This document shows, piece after piece, positions 39,044 through 49,307 of a stretch of 64,000 bases of DNA. Made by a program: the position numbers and the translations under genes. The DNA lies in NCBI GenBank assembly GCA_963665325.3, contig OZ224045.1, positions 1,376,001 through 1,440,000 on the forward strand, read 5' to 3'. Source of the stretch: Alphaproteobacteria bacterium (GTDB lineage Bacteria; Pseudomonadota; Alphaproteobacteria; Bin95). The notes below the pieces were generated by a model, which was not told the origin of the DNA, made no database searches, and worked only from the letters and a program-made list of their open reading frames with translations. Numbering within the stretch: position 1 is the stretch's first letter; each line of letters starts with the position of its first letter.

Positions 39044-41121
39044 TCAACGTAAAGACGGGATTAATCGTAGTTTCGACTCCGCTACCTTGACCTTCCGATA
39101 AATCCACTCTGATATCAACTTGGAGCCCTGTACACTAGGGTGATCATCGTCGAAATAATACACCTCAATGGAATTGTGGGTCTTACACCTTCCTGCGATC
39201 TCCAAATCGCAAAACAGCTCATGCGGATAAACCCGGTGAAGATTTGGATGCACAACGCCGTCCAGCAGTTCGAAGGCTTCCCTCGATCGGCGATGATACA
39301 CATCGGAGCTGGTCGTCAACGGGTCGTTGACAAGAAGGCGTTGGATATCTGCTCGTGGCATACCTCTTGTTTTGCTGAATAGGCGCGCTGGAACATTGAC
39401 TCCGACACTAGGAATTGGGTACACGAGCACAATATGGTGTCCGTCGTCCAACAATCTACGATAGGTATCAGTAAGTTTCTTCTTGAACCCAGTGCCGTCG
39501 AGACTTTCAAAATGCTTGGGCCAGTCCAAATTCGATCTTTCGCGCCCACCTTCCTCGTTGTCAAAAAAGGTTCTGCTCAAATAAAGAGGCATCCGGCCGC
39601 CCAAAATGAGGATGGAGGGGCGATCCGACATGGTATCCAAGCGGGTCTTCTGGTACGCACTGCTGCATTTGTCGACCTTGCCATTCGTAATACGATCAAC
39701 ATCCAATACGAAGGGACATCCAGCCATATTTGCTTCAACGTAGTTGAATTCACCTGCAATGGCCTGAAATAATGTTTCCGACATTGATGAAAAGTGACTA
39801 TCGCCAAATGCGTACACGGTGATTGCTTTCTCGTCTAGCTTGTTCGTGCAAAAATTCTCCACTCTATCATAACATTGCTCTCCATCCATGGAACGTGATT
39901 TCCAAATGGAAACTGATGTATCGACATTCCTCAAGAACTCGGGAAGTCTCCTTTCGAACCCATTCGTTTCGATAGTAGATACCCCCAACGCGGTGACTAT
40001 GAGAAAGCCCGATGAAAGAAGAACCAAGAATCCGCGACGGCCGACGAAGCTGGCACGTCGAAACGGCTTCTCAATGAGAAAATAGGAAGCTACAGATAAG
40101 GAAATCGTGAGCATTATCCACACCAGTTTTTCGAAGTTCGCCGGCTCTCCTGAGTTTATGCGTGAAAAAGCAAAAATTGGGTAATGCCATAAATACATCG
40201 AATAACTGATCAAGCCAGTCCAAACGAAAGGTTTGCTTCCCAAGACCCTCCCCACTACATCGTCATTCGATGCAAATCTAATGATCAGTACCGCGCCAAG
40301 AATTGGAATTATCGTGACAGAACTCGGATGCGGTATATTGCCGTCGAAAAAGAAGATCGAATATACAATCAAGCCCAATCCTATGACAGGGAGAAATTGT
40401 GTGAGAGAGTTAGTGCTCTCGCTCTTCTGGCGCAACTCCCTCCATGCTAGTATGGACCCAAGAGATAGCTCCCAAAAACGACTGAACGGAAGATAAAAAT
40501 TGAAATCTGAGTTTCTCGCTTGCATCAGTTCGGAAAACAATAGGCTTGCAAAAGTGAGTGCCGCGAGTGTAAGAAAAAAGTATTTTCTAAAGCATCTGAA
40601 AGCGACGATTAGCAAAATTGGGAATAGGAAGTAAAATTGCTCTTCAATACCCAAACTCCATGTGTGAAGAAAAGGCTCCAGAAGCGAGCTTGCGGCACCA
40701 TACTCTGTGGTATTAATATAAAAGAATAGGTTCGAACCGAAAAAGAGTGAAGCAAGAACACTTCCGGCATACTTGACCATTTCCGGCGGCAGTAGTATTT
40801 GCCACGCAAACGCATCGACAATAAAATTACAACAAGCAGCATAGGCAGTATTCGTCGCGCGCGCCGTTCGTAGAAGTTCATAAAGCTAAAGGAGCCTCTC
40901 TTGTAAATTTCCGAAAGAATGACCCGGGTGACCAAATAGCCGCTGATCACGAAGAATATGTCTACGCCTATGTATCCGCCTTCGAACCAGTCTCGGCCAA
41001 GCAGCAAGAATTTCGCGTGATAAAGCAGTACGCTGACGACGGCGATGGCGCGAAGACCGTCGACGTCCGCACGATAGGTCGATTTAGGCAGGCTGTTGGA
41101 AGTACCAGTCTCGGGTGTCAT
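39044..41121 (-). pseudogene. Acyltransferase-3 + SGNH (OafA-like O-acetyltransferase), frameshifted near 40810
   Basis: YRADVDGLRAIAV, GVDIFFVISGYL, RRARRILP in one frame; HTWSLGIEEQFY, GDSH, DDDHPS in the next; low GC. Confidence 0.82.
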
Positions 41122-41742
41122 TTGGGCTGATTGGGTCTTACACGCGCATTCTTTCCGTCGCGGATACGGCGGAAGGTCGCGGCCGGGAGGGGAAGGGCGG
41201 CCAGCGCTTTCGCGGTCTGCCGTATCGAACGGGAAACTGCTAGAGAATCGGTAAGGCCGACGGGAAGGCCGTTTGAGGTGGAAGTCGTGCCCTGTTCTTA
41301 CTTCCTGTGCAGCTACAGGTGCAAGAGGGTATTTGCCGACGGATCCAAAGCGCGGGATGGCTCTCACGCCGACACCAGATCATCGCCAGAAACCCGGCTG
41401 GAGGAGGGTCGAGGTCCATGACGGCCGGATCGGTTTGGAACGGCACTGTCCCTGGATGTTGGAGGCTCGTCGCCTTCTGCCGCGCGGCGGATTGCGCGGA
41501 AAAGGGCGGCGAACTCGTCTCGTTCATTCTCCGCCGTCTGGAGCGCTGGCACGGCTCGGTGGACCCGGCCTGGTACCGGTATGCCGGCTTGCCCGCCGGC
41601 ACGCCGTGCCATCGTACCGCCCGGGTGCCGTCCGACGCCGGCAGGGGCTGTTCCCGGCAGCGCTGATTCTCCTTTGCGGCACAGACAACCGGCGCCGATG
41701 TCAGGCAGGCCGAGCCGTTCTGGGAGATGGGATCGTTATGTA

Positions 41743-42125
41743 GCCCGCATTTCTCACCAGGGTCGTGGTCTGCGCGGCGCTGTCGGGTCGGCAGGGTAGG
41801 AGAGACGCGCAGCGCATCGTGCGCCAACGCGCGTGGGCGCGCGGCGCGGGGCATCGGGCAAGCGGCTCGGCGCACCCTGCCGGCCCGACAGCGCCGCCCT
41901 TCGGGTCGCGCCCAGGCGCCCGCCCGCGGCGGCGTAAACGCCGCCATTCATACAGTCCGCCGCGTTGCGCACGGCGGCGTAAACGCCGCCATCCAAACAA
42001 ACTGCCGCGTTGCGCGCGGCGTCGCGGGCCTCAACCGTAGGCTGTGCTACGCTTTTCGGCCCGCTCCTTGCGGAGCGAACGCCTGGACAGCGACGCAGGC
42101 CGTGACCCTGGCGAGAAATGTGGGC
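41743..42125. mobile_element. MITE-like element, copy 1 (TA-flanked)
   Basis: TIRs GCCCGCATTTCTCACCAGGGTC and GACCCTGGCGAGAAATGTGGGC; highly similar to 51101-51439; has an internal duplication. Confidence 0.85.
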
Positions 42126-43573
42126 TAGCGCGCAGGGATCGGGCGCTCGCGGCGAAGCGCCTTGCCTGGCCGGGCGCCGGTCAGGCCTCCGTTTGCCCAG
42201 ACCGGCTCACCCGCCACCAGCACCGTATGGATGCCGTCCGCCGGCGCGAGCGGGTTCTCGAAGTCGGCCCGGTCGATCACGGTCTCGGGGTCGAACAGGC
42301 AGAGGTCCGCCACTGTGCCCGCCTCGACAGTGCCGCGCCCGTCGAGCCCGAACCGGTCCGCCGGCAGGCCCGTCATGCGGTGCACGGCTTCTTCGAGCGG
42401 CATCAGGCCGAGTTCGCGGCTGTAGTGCCCCAGCACGCGCGGGAAGGTGCCCCAGAGGCGCGGATGGGGGCGCGGGTCGTGCGGAATGCCGTCGGAGCCG
42501 ATCATGGCGCGCGGGAAGCGCAGCACGCGCTGCACATCGTCCTCCGACATGGCGAAATAGATCGCCCCGGCCGGTAACAGCCTGAACGCCATCTCCTCGT
42601 CGGAGACGCCGTGCTCGGCTGCGATGTCCGAGAGGTCCCGGCCCGCGGCCTCGGGGTGGGGCTCCGACCATGTAATCAGGACGCGCTTCGAATCCGCAAG
42701 GCGATCGGGCAGGAGGACGGTCGAACTCATGGCGTAGGGATAGACGTCGAGCGATACCTGCTGCTCTGCCGCTGCGGCCTCGACCAAGGGCAGGGAGCGG
42801 GCGGTCTTGCCGTGATGGGCGGCGCCCGACGCCTTGTGGTGCGAGAGCACGACCGCGACGCCCGCGCGCCGGCCGATCTCCAGCGATTCCTCGACCGACT
42901 CCTCAAGGAACGCCCCTTCGTCGCGCATATGGGTGGCGTAGAGACCGCCAAAGGGCGCCGCCGCCTCCGCAAGCGCGACCACCTCGTCGGTCGGCGCGGC
43001 CTTGGAAGGCGGATAGAAAAGCCCGGTCGAGAAGCCGACCGCGCCTGCCTGCATCGCCTGTTCGACGCCCGCGCGCATCCGCGCGATCTCGCTCGCGTTC
43101 GCCGGACCGTTGAGATCCTCCACATGCTGCACCCGCAGCGTCTGGTGGCCGACCAGGAAGAGGCCGTTGACCACCGGCGGCCGCGCGTCCAGCGCCTCCA
43201 GATAGGAGCCGAAGGTCGGGAACCGGTAATCGCTCTCGCCGCCGAGCAGGTTCATCGGCGCCGGCGGGTTGCCGCTCGGCGTGAAGGGCGCCAGCGAGAT
43301 GCCGCAATTGCCCGCGACCACGGTCGTCACACCCTGGCTCGCCTTGGCGGCCATGTCGCCGTCCAGCAGCGCGCGGTCGTCATGGGTGTGGACGTCGATG
43401 AAACCGGGCGCGACGACGAGGCCGCGCGCGTCGATCTCCCGTTCCCCCGCCACTTCGCCCAGCGCGCCGACCTCAGTAATGCGACCGCTGTCCACGGCCA
43501 CATCGGCCTTGCGCGCCGGCCCGCCTCCACCGTCGATGACGGTTCCGCCCCGGATTACCAGATCGTGGCGCAT
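42125..43573 (-). CDS. D-aminoacylase / amidohydrolase-3 family protein
   Basis: PGFIDVHTHDD, GNCG, HMRDE, GSDG, HPRLWGTFPR. Confidence 0.9.
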   Translation of the reverse strand: MRHDLVIRGGTVIDGGGGPARKADVAVDSGRITEVGALGEVAGEREIDARGLVVAPGFIDVHTHDDRALLDGDMAAKASQGVTTVVAGNCGISLAPFTPSGNPPAPMNLLGGESDYRFPTFGSYLEALDARPPVVNGLFLVGHQTLRVQHVEDLNGPANASEIARMRAGVEQAMQAGAVGFSTGLFYPPSKAAPTDEVVALAEAAAPFGGLYATHMRDEGAFLEESVEESLEIGRRAGVAVVLSHHKASGAAHHGKTARSLPLVEAAAAEQQVSLDVYPYAMSSTVLLPDRLADSKRVLITWSEPHPEAAGRDLSDIAAEHGVSDEEMAFRLLPAGAIYFAMSEDDVQRVLRFPRAMIGSDGIPHDPRPHPRLWGTFPRVLGHYSRELGLMPLEEAVHRMTGLPADRFGLDGRGTVEAGTVADLCLFDPETVIDRADFENPLAPADGIHTVLVAGEPVWANGGLTGARPGKALRRERPIPAR

Positions 43574-43654
43574 CGCCGCGTTTCCTCCCGCCCCTTGCTG
43601 GCACCTTCTCTACCATGCGGGTAAGGTCCGCGAAAATCGGGAGACACCCCAGCC

Positions 43655-44533
43655 ATGGCCCTATGCGCGGTCGGCGATATCGCCGTTCACCGGGTCGAGG
43701 AAAACGCCGGTCCTTCCTTCCTTCCGGGCCAGATCTACCCGGACTGGACGCCGGAATACCTGGAGAAGCATCGGGATTGGATGGTACCGCGCGCCTTCCA
43801 CGAGCGCAGCGGCCGATTGATGATGAGCCTGCACAGCTGGCTTCTGCGCACGCCGCGGCACACGATCCTGGTCGATACCTGCGTCGGCAACCATAAGACC
43901 CGCTCGCGCACGATGTGGAACGACCTCGATACCCCCTGGCTCGAGCGGTTGAAGGCCGCCGGCGTCGCGCCCGAGGAAATCGACTTCGTGCTCTGCACCC
44001 ATCTGCATACCGACCATGTCGGCTGGAACACCCGGCTCGAAGACGGGCGCTGGGTGCCGACTTTCCCGAATGCGAAATACCTGATCGGCAAGATCGACTA
44101 CCAGTACCGCACGCAGCGGCTGGAGCTCTATCCCGATGAGGCCCCCATGGACGGCGCCTTCGCCGACAGCGTGCTGCCCGTGGTGGAGGCGGGGCAGGCG
44201 GTCATGGTCGAGGACGGCTACCGGATCGACGAGGCCATGCTCATCGAGGCCGCGCCCGGCCACACGCCCGGCCACGTCACGATGGCGCTCGATTCCGGGG
44301 GCGAAGAGGCGCTGTTCGTCGGCGACATCATGCACCACCCGATCCAGATCTACGAACCGCACTGGAACTCGGCGTTCTGCGAGTGGCCGGAGCATGCCGC
44401 AGTCACCCGGCGCCGTGTGCTGGAGCGGGTAGCGGACACGTCGGCGCTGCTGATGCCGGCGCATTTCCCGAACCCGTCCTGCGGCCATGTGCTGAGCGCG
44501 GGCGACGGTTTCCGGTTCCGCTTCGCCGACTGA
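43655..44533 (+). CDS. MBL-fold metallo-hydrolase
   Basis: THLHTDHVGWN, PGHTPGH, GDIMHHP. Confidence 0.9.
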   Translation: MALCAVGDIAVHRVEENAGPSFLPGQIYPDWTPEYLEKHRDWMVPRAFHERSGRLMMSLHSWLLRTPRHTILVDTCVGNHKTRSRTMWNDLDTPWLERLKAAGVAPEEIDFVLCTHLHTDHVGWNTRLEDGRWVPTFPNAKYLIGKIDYQYRTQRLELYPDEAPMDGAFADSVLPVVEAGQAVMVEDGYRIDEAMLIEAAPGHTPGHVTMALDSGGEEALFVGDIMHHPIQIYEPHWNSAFCEWPEHAAVTRRRVLERVADTSALLMPAHFPNPSCGHVLSAGDGFRFRFAD

Positions 44534-44559
44534 GCTTCGGCGCGGCCGCTCCTTCTCCC

Positions 44560-45777
44560 ATGCCCGAGTCGCCCAATGCCGGCCGCTATCCCTGGGTAGT
44601 CTGCTTTACCTCGCTGTTTCTGGTCTTCTTCGGCCAGGGCGCGATGTTCGTGCTGAATGTGGAGCTGAAGCCGATTGCGGAAGACATGGGCTGGCCGCGC
44701 GAGCTGCCCTCGCTCGGCTACACGTCCGCCTTTCTGGGCGCAGGCATAGGCGCCCTCTATTTCGGCCCGCTCTCGGAACGCCTCGGCATGGGCAATGTCG
44801 CGCTGATCGGCGCAATCTCGGTCGGCTCCGGCACCTTCCTGGCGGGCTATGTGGAGACCCCCGGCCAGCTGATGCTGATCTTCGGCGTGCTGATCGGCCT
44901 GCTGGGCAATGCCTGCATGTTCGCACCGCTGATGGCGCATGTGATGCGCTGGTTCGACCGCAACCGGGGCCTGGCGCTCGGCATCGCGACGGCCGGACAA
45001 AGCGTCGGCGGCGCGGTCTGGCCCTCGATCATCACCTGGCTGGACGGGACGGTCGGCTGGCGCGACACCTTCCACATATACGGCCTGCTCTGCTTCGCGA
45101 TCATGGTGCCGCTGACCATGCTGCTGCGCCGCCCGGCGCCGCCGGCGGCATCGGGCAGTCCGCGCAAGGCCACGCCCGACGGCCGCGCCTTCGGACTGCC
45201 GGGCGGGATCGCGACGGCGGTGCTGTGCGCGGCGATCGTCGGCTGCTGCATCCCGATGTCGATCCCGCTGGTCCACCTCAAGGCCTACGGCACCGATCTC
45301 GGCCTCGCTCCGCAGGCGGCTGCGGCCGCCCTGTCGATGGCGCTGTTCGCCAGCCTCACCTCGCGCATCCTGGGCGGGATGCTGGCGGACCGCATCGGCG
45401 GGCTGAAGACGCTGCTGATCGGCTCGGTGATCCAGTGCGCGATGCTGGCTGTCATCTCCCAGGCCCGCGAGATGTGGACGCTCTACGCCGCCTGCATCGT
45501 CTTCGGCCTCGGCTATGGCGGCATTATCGGCATGTACGCCTATCTCGTGCGGGAGTATTTCCCGCCGGCCGGCGCAACGCGGCGAATTGCCTGGATCTTT
45601 CTTTTCGGCACCATCGGCATGGCTGCCGGCGGGTGGCTCGGCGGCCGGCTGTTCGATGCCACCGGGAGCTACGAGACGGCGTTCCTCGCAGGCTCGGCCA
45701 TCAACACCGTGCAACTCGCCATTGTGGTCACGCTGTTAGTTCGCGCGCGCCCCTCTGTGAGGTTGGCCGCCGGTTAA
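44560..45777 (+). CDS. MFS transporter
   Basis: About 12 TM segments, WFDRNRGLALG, GMLADRIGG. Confidence 0.87.
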   Translation: MPESPNAGRYPWVVCFTSLFLVFFGQGAMFVLNVELKPIAEDMGWPRELPSLGYTSAFLGAGIGALYFGPLSERLGMGNVALIGAISVGSGTFLAGYVETPGQLMLIFGVLIGLLGNACMFAPLMAHVMRWFDRNRGLALGIATAGQSVGGAVWPSIITWLDGTVGWRDTFHIYGLLCFAIMVPLTMLLRRPAPPAASGSPRKATPDGRAFGLPGGIATAVLCAAIVGCCIPMSIPLVHLKAYGTDLGLAPQAAAAALSMALFASLTSRILGGMLADRIGGLKTLLIGSVIQCAMLAVISQAREMWTLYAACIVFGLGYGGIIGMYAYLVREYFPPAGATRRIAWIFLFGTIGMAAGGWLGGRLFDATGSYETAFLAGSAINTVQLAIVVTLLVRARPSVRLAAG

Positions 45778-45892
45778 ACGGTGCGCGGAGGGCTGGTCCC
45801 CGGAGCGGAAAGGGGACTACCATGCCGTTGCGCGGCCCGGGCCGCCTTCGAGGCGCCGGCTCGGGTGCGGTCATTGAAGAGGAGGACATGGA

Positions 45893-46345
45893 ATGGCGAG
45901 CGTCACCATAAACGGTGAAGCCCGGATGCTGGACGGACCGGACGACACCGTCCTGTTGTGGGCCCTGCGTGACATGGCGGGCCTGACGGGAACCAAATAC
46001 GGATGCGGGGCCGGCCTCTGCGGCGCATGCACGGTGCATGTGGACGGCAAGGCGGAGAAGTCCTGCATGATGACCGTGGGCGATGTGGCAGGCAAGGCGG
46101 TCACCACCATCGAGGGCCTGTCGGCCGACGGCGACCACCCGGTCCAGGTCGCGTGGCGCGAGATGCATGTGCCGCAATGCGGTTTCTGCCAGACCGGGCA
46201 GATCATGCAGGCCGCCAGCTTGCTGGCCGAGAACCCGAAGCCGACCGACCGGGAAATCCTGGACGGGATGGCCGACAATATCTGCCGCTGCGGCTGCTAT
46301 GAGCGCATCGTCTCCGCGGTGCGGCTCGCATCGACGGGGGTCTAG
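45893..46345 (+). CDS. IorA-like 2Fe-2S subunit
   Basis: GTKYGCGAGLCGAC, PQCGFCQ, NICRCG. Confidence 0.88.
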   Translation: MASVTINGEARMLDGPDDTVLLWALRDMAGLTGTKYGCGAGLCGACTVHVDGKAEKSCMMTVGDVAGKAVTTIEGLSADGDHPVQVAWREMHVPQCGFCQTGQIMQAASLLAENPKPTDREILDGMADNICRCGCYERIVSAVRLASTGV

Positions 46346-46348
46346 GCC

Positions 46349-48664
46349 ATGTTGCACATGATGGAAAATGCGTTCCTCGGAAGCCCCGTTCGCGAAGCGG
46401 CGAAGCTGGCTTTCGCCAATGTCTCCCGGCGGCGGTTCCTGCAGGGCTCGGCGGCCGGTTTCGCCGTCGCCGCCTTCGCCACCACGGCCGAGGGTTTCGC
46501 GCGCTACAAGACCGGCGGCGATGCAATGCCGAACGGCCTGCGCTACGACCCGCACATCTTCGTCTCCATCGACGCCGACGGGACGGTGACCATCGTCGCC
46601 CACCGCTCGGAGATGGGCACCGGCTCGCGCACCTCGCTGCCGATGGTGCTTGCCGACGAGATGGGCGCCGACTGGGGCATGGTGAAGATCGTCCAGGCGG
46701 AAGGCGACGAGGAGAAATACGGCAATCAGGACACGGACGGGTCGCGCTCCATGCGCCACCACATCCAGTCCATGCGCCAGATGGGCGCGTCGGTGCGCCA
46801 TATGCTCGCCAATGCCGCGGCCGAAATGTGGGGCGTGGACGCCTCGGCGGTCTCGGTCGGCGTGCATGAGGTGACGGGCGGGGGCAGGAAAGCCGGATTC
46901 GGCGAACTTGCCGAGGCTGCGATGAAGCAGCCTGTGCCCGAATTCGAGGCGCTGTCCTTCAAGGACGAGTCCGAGTTCCGCTATATCGGCAAGGGCAATA
47001 TCGGCATCACCGACCTGCACGACATCACGACCGGCAAGGCCGTTTTCGGCGCCGATGTGATGTTGCCGGGAATGAAGGTGGCAGCCGTCGCGCGCCCGCC
47101 GGTGGTCGGCGCCGAGGCGAAGAGCTACGACGCAAGCGCGGCCATGGCCGTTCCGGGCGTCGAGCATGTCGTGCCGCTTCCGGCCTCGATCATGCCGGCG
47201 AAGTTCGCCCCGCTCGGCGGCGTCGCCGTCGTTGCCTCCAACACGGATGCGGCGATCAAGGGCCGCGACGCGCTGGAGATCCAGTGGGGCGACAGCCCGC
47301 ATGGCGGCTATACCTCCGAGTCCTACCTGGAGGAGATGCGGGCGACGGCGAAGCAGCCGGGGCAGGTGTTCCGCGCCGAGGGCGACGCTGCGGCGGCGTT
47401 CGCGGGCGCGGCGAAGACCTTCGCGCAGGAATACAGCCAGGCCCATATGGCGCACGCGATGATGGAGCCGCCGGTGGCGGTCGCCAATGTCGCGGACGGC
47501 AAGTGCGAGATCTGGGCGCCGGTGCAATCGCCCTTCGGCGCGCGCGGCGATGTCGCGGCGGCGCTGGAGATGGAAGTCGCCGACGTCAGGGTGAATGTGA
47601 CCCTGCTCGGCGGCGGTTTCGGCCGCAAGTCCAAGTGCGACTTCGTCATCGAGGCCGCCATGCTCAGCAAGAAGCTCGGCATGCCGGTCAAGGTGCAGTG
47701 GACGCGCGAGGACGATATCCGGCACAGCTTCTACCACACCGCCTCGGTGGAGCGGATCGAGGTTGCGCTGGACGGCGACAACAAGGTCACCGGCTGGCGG
47801 CACAACTCGGTGGCGCCGTCGATCCTGTCCACCTTCGCGCCGGACAGCGGGCACCAGTTCTTCATCGAGAGCGGGATGGGGCATGTCGATATCCCCTTCG
47901 AAATCCCGAACCTTTCGGTGGAGAACGGCAAGGCGATGGCGCACACGCGCATCGGCTGGTTCCGTTCGGTCTCGAACATCCCGCGCGCCTGGGCGGTGCA
48001 GTCCTTCGCGTCGGAACTCGCGGCCGAGCTCGGCCGGGACGATCTCGAGGTCATGCTGGAGCTGATCGGCTCCGACCGGAAGCTCGACCCGCCGAAGCAG
48101 GGCTTCCCGGAGAACTTCTGGGACTATGGTGAGGTCTATGACGAGTACCCGATCGACACCATGCGCCTGAAGAACGTCCTCAGGCTGGCTGCCGAAAAGG
48201 GCGGCTGGGGCAAGCAGATGCCCGCAGGCGAGGGCCTCGGACTGGCGGTGCACCGCTCGTTCGTCACCTATGTGGCGACCTGCGCGCATGTGAAGATCGT
48301 GGACGGCAGGATCACCGTTCCCGAGATTCACATGGCGTTGGATTGCGGCTTCGCGGCCAATCCGGAGCGGATTCGCAGCCAGATGGAAGGATCAGCTGTC
48401 CAGGGCATGACCATCGCCCTCTACAGCGGCGTCACCTTCGAGAACGGCGCGGCGGTGCAGTCGAACTACCACGACTACCAGATGGTGCGTTCGGACAACT
48501 TCCCCGAGAAGGTCCACACGCACATCGTGCCGCATCCCTTCTCGGTCCATGCCTCGGGCGTGGGCGAGCCGGGTGTGCCGCCGGTCGCGCCGGCGATCGC
48601 CAATGCGATCTTCCACGCGACGGGCAAGCGCATGCGCGACCTGCCCATGGGCGACACCGTCTGA
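46349..48664 (+). CDS. IorB-like molybdopterin oxidoreductase subunit (Tat signal)
   Basis: SRRRFL, SEMGTG, LGGGFGRK, GVGEPGVPPVAPA. Confidence 0.88.
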   Translation: MLHMMENAFLGSPVREAAKLAFANVSRRRFLQGSAAGFAVAAFATTAEGFARYKTGGDAMPNGLRYDPHIFVSIDADGTVTIVAHRSEMGTGSRTSLPMVLADEMGADWGMVKIVQAEGDEEKYGNQDTDGSRSMRHHIQSMRQMGASVRHMLANAAAEMWGVDASAVSVGVHEVTGGGRKAGFGELAEAAMKQPVPEFEALSFKDESEFRYIGKGNIGITDLHDITTGKAVFGADVMLPGMKVAAVARPPVVGAEAKSYDASAAMAVPGVEHVVPLPASIMPAKFAPLGGVAVVASNTDAAIKGRDALEIQWGDSPHGGYTSESYLEEMRATAKQPGQVFRAEGDAAAAFAGAAKTFAQEYSQAHMAHAMMEPPVAVANVADGKCEIWAPVQSPFGARGDVAAALEMEVADVRVNVTLLGGGFGRKSKCDFVIEAAMLSKKLGMPVKVQWTREDDIRHSFYHTASVERIEVALDGDNKVTGWRHNSVAPSILSTFAPDSGHQFFIESGMGHVDIPFEIPNLSVENGKAMAHTRIGWFRSVSNIPRAWAVQSFASELAAELGRDDLEVMLELIGSDRKLDPPKQGFPENFWDYGEVYDEYPIDTMRLKNVLRLAAEKGGWGKQMPAGEGLGLAVHRSFVTYVATCAHVKIVDGRITVPEIHMALDCGFAANPERIRSQMEGSAVQGMTIALYSGVTFENGAAVQSNYHDYQMVRSDNFPEKVHTHIVPHPFSVHASGVGEPGVPPVAPAIANAIFHATGKRMRDLPMGDTV

Positions 48665-48684
48665 TCCGCCTCCGGGCGGACAGG

Positions 48685-48725
48685 CAAAGGAAAGGGCCGG
48701 CCCCCGCGCCGGCCCTTTTTCTTTG
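48685..48725. terminator. Probably bidirectional intrinsic terminator
   Basis: AAAGGAAAGGGCCGGC-loop-GCCGGCCCTTTTTCTTT. Confidence 0.75.
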
Positions 48726-49102
48726 GGTGGGGCGACGAGGTGGTCTATGTGGACGAGGGATTACGCGGAAGGGCTAGAACAGAGTTTGCGGTTGAGGCCA
48801 CAAACACGAGGATTGGTACTAGGAGCGAGATAGCACCGGGGCCCAGTCTATAGCGTTGGACGACTTCAAAGCAGATTGCCGGTACCAACTCTTCGGTCTC
48901 TTCAAGCGACGTCGGAAGGCAGGCTCCCAGCATTGTGCAAAGAAATTTTTTGCACCGATGTGCGACGGAATTCGTATTCCAGCCCAATGACAGGACTGCC
49001 AGCCGCGAAAATGACTATTGCTATGATGCCATAGCGGTTCGAGGCGTACAGGAGAAGCAGCAAAAACGCCATACCTGTTTCACAACTCACTGAAAACAGG
49101 CC

Positions 49103-49151
49103 ATGCTTGCCAAGCCGGGACAATCCGTTTGCGTCCTGACTCAGCAAGCAT
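49103..49151 (-). other. Long RNA hairpin immediately 3' of the atypical tRNA
   Basis: ATGCTTGCTGAGTCAGGAC...GTCCCGGCTTGGCAAGCAT, about 19 bp; several pairs are G-U only on the minus strand. Confidence 0.6.
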
Positions 49152-49159
49152 TAGAGTGT

Positions 49160-49247
49160 TGGTGCCCCCGGCGGGATTCGAACCCGCAAGACCAGAGCAG
49201 TCAACCGGTTCCAAACCGGATGCGTTTACCAATTTCGCCACAGGGGC
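49160..49247 (-). tRNA. Atypical type II tRNA: tRNA-Leu-like body with UGG (Pro) anticodon
   Basis: GCCCCTG TG GCG AAATTGGTAAA CGC A TCCGG TT[TGG]AA CCGGT TGACTGCTCTGGTCTT GCGGG TTCGAAT CCCGC CGGGGGC A CCA. Confidence 0.85.
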
Positions 49248-49307
49248 AGGCCCCGCCCCGTTCCGCTTCCAGCTGGTCCGGGGCGAGCGATAGGCATCCT
49301 CCGCCTA

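Noticed and set aside
41150-41740. Possible gene remnant between the acyltransferase and the MITE
   Set aside because: Several short overlapping ORFs, none with a recognisable family signature.
41240-42128. ORFs containing the PGEKCGL motif
   Set aside because: These are translations of the MITE terminal repeat, not proteins.
45728-48331. 867-aa minus-strand ORF, and similar long antisense ORFs (8075-10618, 28488-30734, 34358-36415)
   Set aside because: Shadows of well-supported genes on the opposite strand, with no recognisable motifs.
48745-49147. Small ORFs downstream of the atypical tRNA
   Set aside because: Weak starts and no recognisable motifs; a small hydrophobic peptide (MAFLLLLLY...) cannot be excluded but is unsupported.
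49160-49247. Ordinary tRNA-Pro, tRNA-Ser or tRNA-Sec
   Set aside because: The long variable arm, G1-C72 and A37 are not Pro-like; A73 and the 7/5 fold are not Ser- or Sec-like.
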